Shown here: piece by piece, positions 9,819-23,400 of the stretch
How the letters are laid out: each line of letters begins with the position of its first letter
How positions within the stretch are numbered: the first letter of the stretch is position 1
Notes under the pieces: generated by a model
Seen by the model: only the letters and a program-made list of their open reading frames with translations
Database searches by the model: none
What the model was told of the DNA's origin: nothing
Program-made: the position numbers and the translations under genes
Virus record (IMG/VR): IMGVR_UViG_3300012953_000167
Coordinates: 1-27,848 of that record
Strand: one strand, 5' to 3'
Length of the DNA: 27,848 nucleotides
Origin: a virus
Lineage: Duplodnaviria > Caudoviricetes

Positions 9819-11429
9819 CTAGAATTCCAGAATGATTTTAACGTCTTCTTTTTGTCTAACATCTCTTTTAACCATTTTTCGGTTATCAATGTAGATAATT
9901 TCTCCCGTCTTTTTATTTATCTCAGGATTTGCAAGTCCCTGAGTAAAAGTAACTCCTAAATTAACTTGCTTATTGTCCGAGGTTATAGTAGTTATACCAC
10001 TAAAACTAGTTTTAATACCAACCTCAAATGATGCATTTGGTTCTACTGATTTAATCATACCCCCATTAGGTGAAAAACCTATTACTTTAGAATTATTAGA
10101 TGAACGATAATCAGTTTGGGATGATTTGCTATTATCTCCGAAGTATAAAGATCTATCTTGAAAATATTTTAAAACCTTTGTTTCATTATCATATGATGCA
10201 ATATAACCTTTAGCAACATCATTACCTATTTGTTGGGATATTCCAGCACCAACAAGACTGTCTTTATCAGACACACTAATTGAATCATTCATCATTATAG
10301 AATATAATGATGAAAATTGTGATGATGTATTAATGGAATTAGAATTAAATTGGGATGGATTTTTTATAATACCAACTTGTGCAAATTGAGTATCTACAGG
10401 ATAATCTTTTGTAGAATCATCAAATCTAGCATAAACTAATACCTTATCTGCACCCAATTCAGGGTATATGTTATACCCATGACCTTTAGAAGGTGGAATA
10501 ATTGGAATTAATTTTGCTGGTGTTATGGGTGTATCAGCAAAAGCACCTGCATTTATGTCAGATAAATCAACTATACCATAAGTATATCCAGAACCTCCTG
10601 AAGTAACACTAACATCAGATATTTCACCATTACTATTAACAGTAACTAATGCTTTTCCACCTGTACCATCACCTAAAATATCACAAACAACACTATCAGC
10701 ACTATTTCCATTATAACCATCACCTGGATTTTCAATATATATTTTTTTAATTTGATTTTTATTAATATCAGAATTTCCAGATTCTCTGACAGATTGTATT
10801 TGACTATCTGTAGAAATTGCCCATTCATTGGGTAATACAATATATTCTGTAGAATCAAATTTTATTACATCACTTGGTGAAATGGAAAACAAATATTTCC
10901 AAATATATCCATCACCGCTTGTTCCAGCAGCTGCTGGTTCTAAATCTGTAAATGTTGGTTCATCTAAAGATCTTTTTCCTTTATAATTATCAGTACCATC
11001 ACCCTTGTACCCATAAGAACCATTATCTAAACAAATATAAACTCTATAATCTGAATTTACAACATAATAATTTGTATTATATAAAGTTTTTGAATCTGCA
11101 TTTTGTATAGAATAATCATGTCTATACATATCATACCTAGTATTTGCAGTCCAAGAATATTTTTTAACAACACGTCTAATATTTGCACTATTAATCTTTT
11201 TACCAAATAGAGAAGTGTCTCTATAATGTGAAAGATATTGCAAATTATCTGTCGGAGATGGAATACTATTTGTATTTCCAGAATTCCAACTATCTGTTCT
11301 ACCAAATCCAAGAACTTCTGGATTTGCCAATCCTAAAAAAACATAATAAGAATTATTAGAATCTAATACAGAGTCTACAAAATTACTAGCATTCGATATT
11401 CGAAATTGATCTGTTACTACAGCGGGCAT
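9819..11429 (-). CDS. gp8: Baseplate wedge subunit gp8
   Basis: 536 aa. N-terminal MPAVVTDQFRISNA, YYVVNSDYRVYICLDNG, P...GDGYIWKYLFSI and the C-terminus GEIIYIDNR-xx-V-x-R-xxx-QKEDVKIILEF match T4-like gp8. Follows gp7. Confidence 0.92.
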   Translation of the reverse strand: MPAVVTDQFRISNASNFVDSVLDSNNSYYVFLGLANPEVLGFGRTDSWNSGNTNSIPSPTDNLQYLSHYRDTSLFGKKINSANIRRVVKKYSWTANTRYDMYRHDYSIQNADSKTLYNTNYYVVNSDYRVYICLDNGSYGYKGDGTDNYKGKRSLDEPTFTDLEPAAAGTSGDGYIWKYLFSISPSDVIKFDSTEYIVLPNEWAISTDSQIQSVRESGNSDINKNQIKKIYIENPGDGYNGNSADSVVCDILGDGTGGKALVTVNSNGEISDVSVTSGGSGYTYGIVDLSDINAGAFADTPITPAKLIPIIPPSKGHGYNIYPELGADKVLVYARFDDSTKDYPVDTQFAQVGIIKNPSQFNSNSINTSSQFSSLYSIMMNDSISVSDKDSLVGAGISQQIGNDVAKGYIASYDNETKVLKYFQDRSLYFGDNSKSSQTDYRSSNNSKVIGFSPNGGMIKSVEPNASFEVGIKTSFSGITTITSDNKQVNLGVTFTQGLANPEINKKTGEIIYIDNRKMVKRDVRQKEDVKIILEF

Positions 11430-11446
11430 ATTAATAGTTTTTTAGA

Positions 11447-11454
11447 TATTTATA
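11447..11454 (-). promoter_or_regulatory. T4-type late promoter TATAAATA
   Basis: Exact consensus (plus strand tatttata) in the 33-nt gp7-gp8 gap, 17 nt upstream of the gp8 ATG. Confidence 0.85.
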
Positions 11455-11462
11455 CAAGATTT

Positions 11463-14400
11463 TTAAATAGGTGTAGTTATTGCTCCAGTTTCTTCAAAAG
11501 TATCACTTCCAGACCTTCTTTGTAAGGTGGGATAAGTGGATAATCCAGAAACTATTCTTCCAGTAACTCCAATAGAAATTGGTGAATTATTTCTAGTAAA
11601 TCCACTAATTTTTCCACAAGAATATTTACCTACTGGATTGTTAACATCACCAGAAGTACTCAAACCAATAATATTTGTATCTGATTTTATAGTACATGTA
11701 ACAATACCAGTCATGGTATTTGGAGCATTTCCAGTATAAGTAAACTCCTTGACAACGTATATGTTATCAATAAATGTAGTTCCTACACCAACAATATTAC
11801 TATCAACTCCATCAGTTGAAGTTAATCCATCTCCAATACCAGTATTATTAATATAAATTGGATTTCCAACACTTATTGGATCAAAACTACTATTATTTGT
11901 TATAGTGAATTTTATTGATAAGTTGGAACCAGACATTGTTGTACCAATACCAATAATATCTCCTGAAGTAGATGTGGCTGTAGGTATTGATGTATCAGAC
12001 ATTATTTCATATGAAACGTCTGGAGAAGAAATTATTACTTTAGGTGCAATGGTATATCCTAAACCTGTATTAGTTAATGTTCCAAATGAAATAGTTCCAT
12101 TACTCATAGATAATGTAGCAGTTGCTGTAATACCAATACCAACACCATTATCATCAAGAATATTTGGTGGAGCTGAAAAAGATATTGTTGGTGTAGATGT
12201 ATAATTAGATCCATTGTTGGTCATAGTAACACTATCAACTTCTCCATTCAAAATAGTAGCAGTAGCAGATGCTTGTTCTGATATATTTCCTGAAACAATT
12301 AATCCACCAAATGTTTTTGAAGCACCATCATATGCAAATAATTCAGCATTATCAACATAAAATTCAGTACTAGATGTTGAAAAATCTTTAATTATTTTAC
12401 ATGTTGGAAATATTAATGGTTCCAAATTAACTCTTTTTTTAGAACTAAAGTTTTGATTAATAATTTTATCAACTTTTTGCCTTATTAGATTAATTGGTTT
12501 TGGATTAATTTCATCAATACCCTTTCCAGAATAAATATTAGTTTCCAATTTCTTAGAAGTATCTAATGATAAAACAGTTCTTTTATCTTGATCAATAGTT
12601 GCAGAGTTTGATGGGTTTCTAAGTATTTGAATTTCATCACCAGGTTCTATAATTGTTTTCTGTCCTGTTTTAACAGCACAATCAATACCATCAGTTCCTT
12701 TATAGAAGAAAATATCAATAATATCATCTTCTGTTGGTGGTAAAGCAAATGCTATAGAAGTTCCTCCAGTAAATTCATAAGCAATTTCTGGTTCCTGAAT
12801 TACACCATTAATTACGATTAAAAATACATTGGCAAGATTTCCATCAAAAGATTTATCAGATTCAAAACTAACCAATTTACCATCATAATATAATGGGAAT
12901 TTAGTATTTTCACCATTTTGATATGATTTTATAGAATCTATATAATCAAATTCACCAAATTGCCACATAGAGAATTTATCATTATATACTCTCTCGATTT
13001 CTATAGTTGCCTTTTCCTTTAAAGAAATTAATCTTCTATCAGTAACTAAACCAACAGGTTCAATTATATCACCTTCTCTAAATGAATATCCAGAACGAGA
13101 TATTTTATATTCTCTAATTTGTGAATAATCAAGTTCAAATTCATTTGAAGTTGGTCCATCAATAATAGCATCAACTAAAAGACCAATTCCAGTTTCTGTT
13201 GTTGAACCAATTCCTCTTCTAGAAACTCCCTTTACTGAAAGATTCTTATAAGATGGTTCCGAAACAAATATTTGAGGATTCTTATAAGCATATCCAGCAT
13301 TACTAATATTAAATTTTAATGCACCTCCACCATGATTAGTTGATTTACCAACATGAACATAGAATTGATCATTATCTATTTTAGTAATTGCAGTAGTTAT
13401 TCCTGCAATAGGATCGGATAATCCAGATCTACCAACGTAAACTGTAAGGTCTTTTCCAGAATTAGCAGTTGCGTTAGAAACAACTGTTGAACCACCACCA
13501 ACAGATATAGGATCAGTTGATCTTGGATAAGTATGCTCAGTTGCATGAGCATCTCTATCACAAGTCATTGTCAATGAATTATCAGCAATACTTATAAGTG
13601 CTCCGTCTGATATTCCATGAGCACTTGCAAATGTTAATATTAAATAACCAGTATCTCCACTATAAACAGCATTAACTGGTTGTAATGAATTATTAATAGC
13701 AGTAGATGTGGCACTAACAAACTTATGTTCTAAACCACCACGAGGATAACTATGATTTGTTTTGTAATCATCCTGTTCACAAGCAAATACAATACTATTA
13801 TTTTTAAACTTAATAGTATCACCATTAACTAAACCATGAGGTGTATTTGTTGTTATTTCTAATTTACCTGTTTCTGGTTTATAACTTGTTCCAGTTTGTG
13901 GACGTAAATTACTACCACTTCCTGATCCAGTAACAATTTCAATTGAATCTGTTGTAGCACTAACGAATTGATGTGTATTTGATCCAATTGGTGTTGCAGT
14001 TATTATAGCTCCACTTCCAACACTACTACCAACATTAACAGTAAATATATCATCATTAACTTTAGTTACTTGGAGATTTAAACCATAAGAAGGATCACTT
14101 GGTCTAGGATATTCATGTATGGTTTGATAACCATCTTTAGAACATTTGAATTTTAATGATAAATTATCAAAATTAATTTGATTAGTTGTTTCTAATCCAT
14201 GACCAACAGAAGTAACAGTCATAATTCCAGAAACTGGATCATAATCAGCAGCAGTTGGTGTAAATTGACCACCAGAAACTTTATTAATAGCATTATTATC
14301 TGCTGACACAAATTTATGCTTAAATCCAGCATCTACAACTTTAACATCTATAGAAACTATATTATTATATCCAGAACCATATGTTAAATCATCATACCAA

Positions 14401-17400
14401 GCATAAACATTACCTTGTCCATTATAAGTATGAGGTATAGTTGTAGTTCCTACCTGTACACTAAAAGTATTTGTTGATGCTACCGAAACTAAAGAGAATT
14501 TATCTCCATATTTACCACTAGGGAAGAAATTAGTAGTAACTCCAGAATTTGAAGGACAAGTAAAATGCAATCCAACTAATTTTACGGTTTCAGTATTTTG
14601 ATTACCAAATACAAACTGATGTGGTTCAACAGTGGTAATAGTAACTATACCTGAAACATTATCGTAAAGTGCTGTAGTAATAGCTAAAGCAGGTCCTTGT
14701 GTTGAAACACCAATAACATCAGTAATAGTTCCACTACCACCCAATACTGGCATAACTTTAGCACCAGCAAGTTCTGCATACCCAAGACCGTTAGAATTTC
14801 CAATTGAAATTGGAACACCACCTCTTGGTAACTGATTTAAATTTGTATCTGACTGTGAAATAATCTGCGTTCCATTAATAGAAGTAATTCCAGAAAATAC
14901 AACACTAGATATACCAGCATTTTCAATAATTTTGAAATTATTATCAGGATGACTATCAGTTGTTGGGTTTTGGAATATTCCATTAACAAATAAAATACCA
15001 TTTCCACCACTATTTCCAATTCCAGTAGTATTTGCTCCACCTACAGTTAAAGTAAATGTAGATGTTACACCATCAAACTGCTTAGAAATATCATCATATA
15101 TTGAATTAGTCGAATAATCATTTCTAAGATGTACTCTTCCATGAAAATCAGATTTTGGATATTCGGTTCCATCTAATTGTATTCCAGATTGATTACCTCT
15201 TGGTGGTTTAGTAAAATGTATATTTTTTCGAACAATATTATATGAACCACCATATAATCTTACTTGTGTATTATTAGTATGTGTTGTTGCAATACTACCA
15301 ACAACACCCCTATTAACTTTAACTAAATTATATGTTCCAATACCACTTGTAATTGGACCAGTCGGTGTAGTACCAAGACCAACATTAACAACTTCCAAAT
15401 ATTCATCATCTACCTTTAACAAATCATCAGCACCAATACTAGATATTCCACTTAATGATAAAAATGCAGATGTATCTCCAATTGAAGTATTATATTTTAA
15501 AGTATGTACAATATTTGTTTCGGATATTGGATATTGGGCTACATTATCAATAGCAATCAATGATTTACTATTGGAATTTGTCATAGAAAATTCATGCAAA
15601 TTACCAGATCCAACACTTACAAAAGTAACTGCTGCACCCGATCTTGTTGTAGAAATATTAAATGTATTTCCATTAGGAACCGATTTTACATATACTTTTG
15701 ATGGTAAAATATCAGTTATAGCTCCATTTTTATACATCATAGGTGTTGCACCAACTCCTATAAATGAAGAACCTTCATTATAAGATATCTCTTCATCAAC
15801 TTTAAAATTATGTTGCTCAAGAGTAAATAAACCTGTTGAAAGATTTACATCATTAGAATTTGGATTGAATGATTTTCCAAAAATTGGTATAGAATTTGAC
15901 TGCAATTCAAAGTCAGTTTTATTAATTCTATTACCACCAGGTCCATTATATTGTAAAATATCAACATCATCAACACTTTTACCATAATTGAATGGTAATG
16001 GGTCATTAATTAAATCAATTTGTGTATACATACACTGATTTAACACTATGACATCAAATATAGATGATGTATCATCCGGATAAAAACTCAATATAAAGTC
16101 GGAACCAGAATAACTTGCACCAAAACTACCAAAACCAATTGCTGGATCATATTCGGATGTACTGCCACTATTTAAAGAAAGTAGTTGTGATTGTTGAACA
16201 TATAAATTTGTTCCATCGTTAAGAGTTAAAACTTCATGAACCGCTTTAGAAGAACCTTTAGTAACCTCAACAATAGATTTAACAGAATCAAATACACTTT
16301 TTTCCAATACGGCAATAGATGTACTACCAATACCACTTCTAGATTGTCCTTGATATATTACAGATCTTTCAGCACCAGATGGTTGAGTATCAGATAAAAA
16401 TCTATAATCACTATTTGATGTTGTTGTTAATCCAAATCCAACAACTTTAGTCTTAATTTTTACACTATTTGCAGTATTATTGGTATATTGCAATAATAAA
16501 TTATTATTATTGATTGTGGATGTTATATTTCCAATTCTATTTGAAGAAATTTGGTTATTATCAACATAATATTCCGATGAAAATGTATCATATGAATTAT
16601 GTGTAACATATGTTTCTACAAAATTAATTTCATTTGTAATAGTATCTATTATTTGTGTTGTAGCATGTATAGATCCTATATCATTAGTAGGTACTGTTAC
16701 AAGTGTAGTAGTAATTCCACTAGTAGCTAGTGCTATAGTAGAAATTAAACTAATTGGACCAATTACAAAAGTTCCTATACCTAAAATATTTGAATTATAT
16801 TTACTAGATAAAATTTTTAAATCATAATCCTTATTAAAAGTATCTATTGGATTAAATCTAAGAAAATTTTCCTGTGTAATTGGATTCTGATACAAATCAT
16901 ATGATGCAAATTTATCTGATGACAACGAAGTTTGCTTATTAATTATATTAGACTTTTGGAGTAATATATTATCCGTACCAGTACTCAAAACAACCAATTC
17001 TGTTAACTGCAATTCTTGATTACCAATACCAACACTTTTACTTACAATTATATAATTTTCATATAAATTGGATGATCCAAATTGAGTTATATCTAAAGAT
17101 TCTGTTGTTTTACTATCCAAATTAGAAAATTCAGAATTTATATTATCAACAATTAAAACTTCATTAGAAATACAATTAATATAATCTGATAATCTTAAAT
17201 TTTCAAAATCAATAAATCTTGAAGTATCCCCAACTACATCAGAATCTGTAACTAAATCAATAGATTTGATAACATCAACTCTTTTCTCACCAATCACATC
17301 ATAAATGACTGTTAATGAACTACTAGAACCTATTCCAACATTAGTTGTAGAAACAATTCCAACATCAGCAAAATTCTTCAATCCACTAGTATGAAGTAAA

Positions 17401-20400
17401 TTGTTGACAGGAGTTTTTAATTCATTCCAATTAATTGAACTTTTTATAGAATATGATAAATTTTGATAATAATCATTATTAGGAACTACTTGACTATCAT
17501 CATCCAACTTACCTACAGTATTATTCCATCCAAAATCTTTTAATAATGAAAATCCTGTTTTAAATTTAGCATTATTATTACTAATTTTAAAAACTTCTGC
17601 TGTAACTCCACTACTTTCACCTACAAGTTTATTACCAACTAATATATCATCATAACCAGATATTTTTATAATATTGGAAGTAGATTCTACAATTGATATA
17701 TCTGATAATTTACCATTAATGGATATTTTTTCACCAATATCAAATTCAGATTCTTTTTGTTCAACAAAAAATCTGGGATATCTAGATTCTGATATTATAG
17801 ATGCATAATTAGCAGGAATAGTATCTGCAATTCCAGTATTACTAGTTAAATCAGAAACATCTATAGTGACTTTATCTAAGGTTCCACTATCATCATAATT
17901 GCTAACAGTTAATAATTGGTAGTTATAATCAGCAGAATTAAATCCAGTTCCATTAGAACTATTTTTTCCAATACCTTCAATATAAACTTTATCACCAACA
18001 TTGAATGGATTTATATTAAATCCTAAATTTGGTGTAGTTATAGTACATGTAAATGCTGCACCAGAATGCGAATCAACTTTAACTATAGTAATTCCATTTG
18101 TATTGTTTACTGCTTGTAATTTTATGGTATTTTCTGGTAAACCTACAGGATATTCTTCAATATCAAGAGAAGAAATACTACCTTCTATTAAATTTGGTTT
18201 TAAATATCCACTATTAATTATTTCTCCTGTAACTGAATTAACAATTATAATAATTGGATCTATTAAATATCCAGAACCACCATCAATAACACTAGTAATT
18301 CCAATTGTACTAAAGTTTTTAATTTCTATTAATGGTGATATAAAAGCTTCTGGTTGTAAAGTATTATCTGATGAATACTCATAAGTATCATTTATTACTC
18401 GTATTTTGTTAATATTTCCTATACTTGATGATGTAGGAACTAATGAAGCATCTTTTCCAAAAGATTCTGTACCAACACCAGAAAATACTGGTACTTTTTT
18501 ATATCCATATCCACCAGATATAACATTGATATTTTTTATTCCACCATTAATTGTTTTTGATTGTGATGAATATTCTATCTTTTCACATTGTGTTTTATTG
18601 TAATTAAGATTTTCTGGAACTTTCTCTAAAAATATATCAAAAGTATTTGTTGTTACTCCAGAAACTACATAATCACCATTATAATCACTATTATCAAAAA
18701 CTATTTCAGAATAATTTAATACATCTTTATCAGATGTACTAATAAATCCTGATTTTTCTATATTATAATATAAAGGATTTGGTAAATTTGTACTATATCT
18801 AACAGTTAAGGATGTTCCAACATTTGAAATACTTAAATTTGTTGTAGAACCAGTAGAAACAAACTTATTATTGAATTTTATATCACTATACAAATTAAAA
18901 TTATATCCTGTCATTGAAGAATCAGATAAATCAAACACCAAATTATTATTTTTTATTGAAGAAATTTGTGGATTAATTAAAGATAATGATTGAGATGCAC
19001 CAGTATTAGTAGTTATTGAAACTGTATTTAATATTGATCCATTAACATCAGATAAAGTATCTCCCAATCTAATACTATCTTCATCTACTTTATATACAAA
19101 ATAGGAACCAGTTGATAGTCCAGTAGCATTTCCTTCATAAAAAACCTTTTCTCCAGTTTTTAATTTATGATCTGGTAAATTTAATTTATTAGTTTCAACT
19201 GAAGTATTATTAAATGATATTGGATTTATCATAATAAACCCAGTTTCGGGATTTCTTTTAACTAAAATAGATGATGATGTTCCTATACCAACAGATATAT
19301 TTGGTTTAATTTCCAATGAAATAACATCACTATTGGTTAATCCAGAAGATGTTGTTAATGATATTGTTGATTTTATCCTATCTACATTTCCTTTTACTTG
19401 ATCATAATCACTTTCAAGGAAATATTCATCATTATTTGCTAATGAATTACTAACAAAAGATCGGAAATAAACTTCATTGAAAGATACACCTATACCTGTT
19501 TTAATTCCTATAGTATTGATAGATTTATTTACAGCATATAATGTAGTGGGTAATGTAAATAATACATTAGATCTATCTGTAGAAATATTAATATTAGAAG
19601 ATCCATTAGGAATTACTAATTTTATTTTTTGGTTAGTTTTGAATGGGTGATTTTCAATATAAAGTTGTTGAACTGGTACATTTCTTTGAATAGTATTTCC
19701 AGCAAATTCAAAAGAAATTGGATATTCGGTACCAGGTGTTGTTCCTATACCAACAGATTTTATAGGATTAAAATAAATACCTTCATTTACTTTAGATTCA
19801 AAATATGGAAATTCTTCATCAATAGTGAATGAATCTGGTATAAATGATATTTCTGTTCCTTCTTCATAACTATTTGCAAAACTAAAAGAATCCCTCTTAA
19901 CTCTTAAGATATTTAATTTATCAAATATATTCAATATTTTTAAGGTTTCTGTTCCTATACCAATACTACTTCCTATAGATACATCATTTGGGATTCTAGA
20001 AACATATATTTCTGTAGTAAATCCAGCAGAAGGTGATCCTTTTATAGTAGAAATATTAGTTCCTGTAGATGATGTTATTCCTATTTTATAAGATGATTTT
20101 AATTTACCAATATCTGTTGTTAATTTTGAAATTACAACAGTATCATTATTAGATAAATTATTTCTTGGTAAAATAAAACCTTTTATTTTATTCTCAGACC
20201 AAGTAAAAATAGTAGAATCATTTTCTTCAATATTAGTTTCTATAGTATTAATAGGTTTACCTTCTACTGAAAAAACCTTTGCTATTAATCCCTCTCCATC
20301 AGTATTAGAATTATCAAAATTTAATATATCATCAACTTTATAATTTAATCCTGAATTTAAAATACCTATTCCATCTATAGAACCAGACGAAACAGATTCA

Positions 20401-23400
20401 ATCTCTATTTCTTGATTAAATAAAGAATTTGTTTCTGTTAAAAAATCATTATTTGCTTTAATATCAGATACTTTATATGGAAAAGTATTTCTAAAGACAT
20501 TTAACTTATTAAAATCAATAGATAATTGATTTCTTTCTTCTATATTTTCAGGAATTAAATTTGATCTATACTTATCACCAATAAAATATGGAAATACTGG
20601 ATTATTATCACTACCAATAGATGCATGATAAGCATATATTCCGTTTGGAAAATCTTTGTTTATTTCATACCTACCATTATATAAATCTAAATCTTTACTT
20701 CCATCATACTGATAATCTTCAATAAAATAACCTAATTCAAATCCAGTAGGTCTATCAGTAACATTTGTTATATTTGGTGTATAACTTGGTTCTAATTTCT
20801 TTAATTGATAATTTTGACTAAGATTTGAAGGATCTTCATACGGATTTTGATATCCGTATGGACCGTATATAGGATTACCATCATATGCCCAACCAATAAT
20901 ACCAGATGGTGTAGTTGCATTACCGGCAGGAGGATTACCAGAATCTGAAGAACTAAAAATAGTAATACCGTATCCGGCAATACTATATTTTAATTTGTTA
21001 TTTTTATCTTCTAAAATATTTGAACCAAATTGCTTAACTTTATTAACAGTCAAAGATCTTATTTTGGTATTAAATGATTGGTTAATACCAGAAGAAGTAA
21101 CCAAAATAGATGCACTAGTTGAATAACCAATACCTGGATTGGTTATTTTAACATCCACTATCGTTTGATTTTCTACAACTGCGTACAATTCTGCACCAGA
21201 ACCCATATTATCGATTATGGATAAATCTGGTGTTGAATAATACTCCACACCACCAAACTCAATATTTACAGAACTTATCTGCCCATTTATAATTACTGGT
21301 TTTAAAATAGATTCTTTACCAGTTTTTACTGTTATTATAGGATTTTCTTGTACATTTGTAATAGTTGATCCATAACCACTTCCAGATTCATACAAGTAGA
21401 CTTGTTTTATATTTCCTTTAACAACAGGAGTTACTTCAATAGAAGTTGTTCCTATACCAACTGAAGTAAATTTAACATACGATTTAATTGGTGGATACTC
21501 AAAATTATGATAACCACTACCAATAGAATTAAATTCTACATAATTTTTTCTTGTAAAGTTAGATGTTATTGTTCCCCCAATTCCAGCATCTGTAAGTTTG
21601 AATATATTATCATCAATTTTAACAATTTTATATTGATTTGTTGTAGTAAGTCCAGTTATTATATTTCCTGTACTAGAATAATCAATTAATTCTCCATCAG
21701 AAAATCCATGATTTTCAAATGTAATGTTATTATACTCAATAGATATTCCACTAGGTTTAACAAATAATTTTCTATTAGTATAATTTTCTCCACCATTTAA
21801 AACTTTAACTTCAGTTAAAGTTTTTCTAGCATTAACTTTAAATTTATGAATACCTGAACTATCAGTTCCATTAAAATTAATAGTATTAATTCCTGCAGAG
21901 TAATCAGAAAAAGTATTAAATAATTTAATTGTTCTATTATTAGAAATTAAAGGATAATAAACAGCATTATTAATTAATTTTGATGTTCCTAAACCAACAC
22001 CAACACCCGAATTTAAATTACTATCATAAGTTATTTCTTCCCCATTATAAAATTCATGATCTGTAAGAAATACAATTTGTTCTGATACTGTATTAATACC
22101 ACCACCTTGTGTAGTTGGTTTTGCATTAAATAAAACTTCTCTAGACCTAGTACCTATTATTGGTTCCAAAACACATCCAGAACCATTACCACCAGTTATT
22201 CCTATAGAAACTACACTATCAATATCAAAATCCTGAGAATCTACATAAACTTTAGATATTTTTCCACCAATAACAGGTTGAACTAATGCTGTTGTTCCAT
22301 TACTAGCAGAAACTGATAAATTTGGTGGATTTATTACATCAAAATTATTACCAGGATTAAGAACATCAACAGATTTTAAAGGTCCATAATAAATTTTATC
22401 AGTTGTTTTATAATTGGATATTTCTACACCATTAATCAACATTCCAACACCACCAGGAGTAGTAGTTTGACCAGAACCAGTTAAACTTGGAGATTCTAAT
22501 GAAAACTTTTTAAATAATTTTTGTGGAGATATTATATTGGATTTTTGTGAATATAATATAAATTCATGGGAATTATCTCCAGTAGGAGGTAAATTAAATG
22601 TAAGATACTTATTATCATCTATTCCAGCATTTGATCCCATTAATTGTATTTCTCTATCCAAATCACCTGGTTTAACATAATAAGTTCCAGTTTCCAATCC
22701 TATCATTGGAGAACCTTTAGGATTATAATAAATTCTATCTCCCAACTTAAATGGCGAAACAGCACCAAAATTTATTACAGAATATCTATCATCAACACGA
22801 CTAGTGAGAAAACCTAACGTTTGACCAATTCCAGAATTATTGAATACAATACGCTTAGTGTTAACATTTATTTGTTCTGTAAATGGAAATACATTTTGAT
22901 CTTTATCAAGTCTATATGATGGTAAAGAATTTGATGCAACATACCCAAAATTATCATCAAAATAAACGTTCTGTACATCAGAAGTTATATTATCATTACC
23001 ATATTCTAATGGTACATATAAACTATTTGCTTTATTAATTTTTCTTCTTAAATTATACTTTGTAGAAGATCCTGGAGAAAAATTAGTAAATCCCTCCAAT
23101 GTAACCGTATTATCTACTAAATTAATATCTTTTACATATGGTTTATTATCACCAGGTAAAGGATAAACAATATTATTCGTTTCTCTTTCAGTAATTTCTA
23201 CATAATCACCTTTTTTTAAACTAGATTTATCAATTTTACTTTCTAACTTAATTGGTGAAAATTCTTTAATAAAATATGTTGAACTTGTATTATAAACCCA
23301 AGAATTTGCAAAAATTTCCTTGTATGATCTATTTTTATCTGGATTTAATACTTTATCTCCAATATATTTTACAGAAATGATATCTTTTTCGGAAACATTA

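Noticed and set aside
13330-14690. DGR template/variable repeat or CRISPR-like DNA array
   Set aside because: The repeats are evident at protein level with strongly diverged DNA. There is no near-identical pair differing at adenines, no reverse transcriptase and no spacer periodicity.
10673-15040. Same-strand alternate-frame ORFs 10673-10858, 11057-11311 and 14837-15040 as overprinted genes or frameshift products
   Set aside because: Their I/L/M/Q-rich composition is what a shifted frame of A/T-ending codons produces. The host genes are intact, and I saw no convincing slippery site with a downstream structure.
973-21689. All plus-strand ORFs in the track (e.g. 973-1188, 3284-3568, 4655-4951, 11905-12204, 18001-18384)
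   Set aside because: They are antisense shadows of long minus-strand genes. Their Pro/Val/Ile/Leu-rich translations mirror the sense codon bias, and I saw no RBS, promoter or recognisable motifs.
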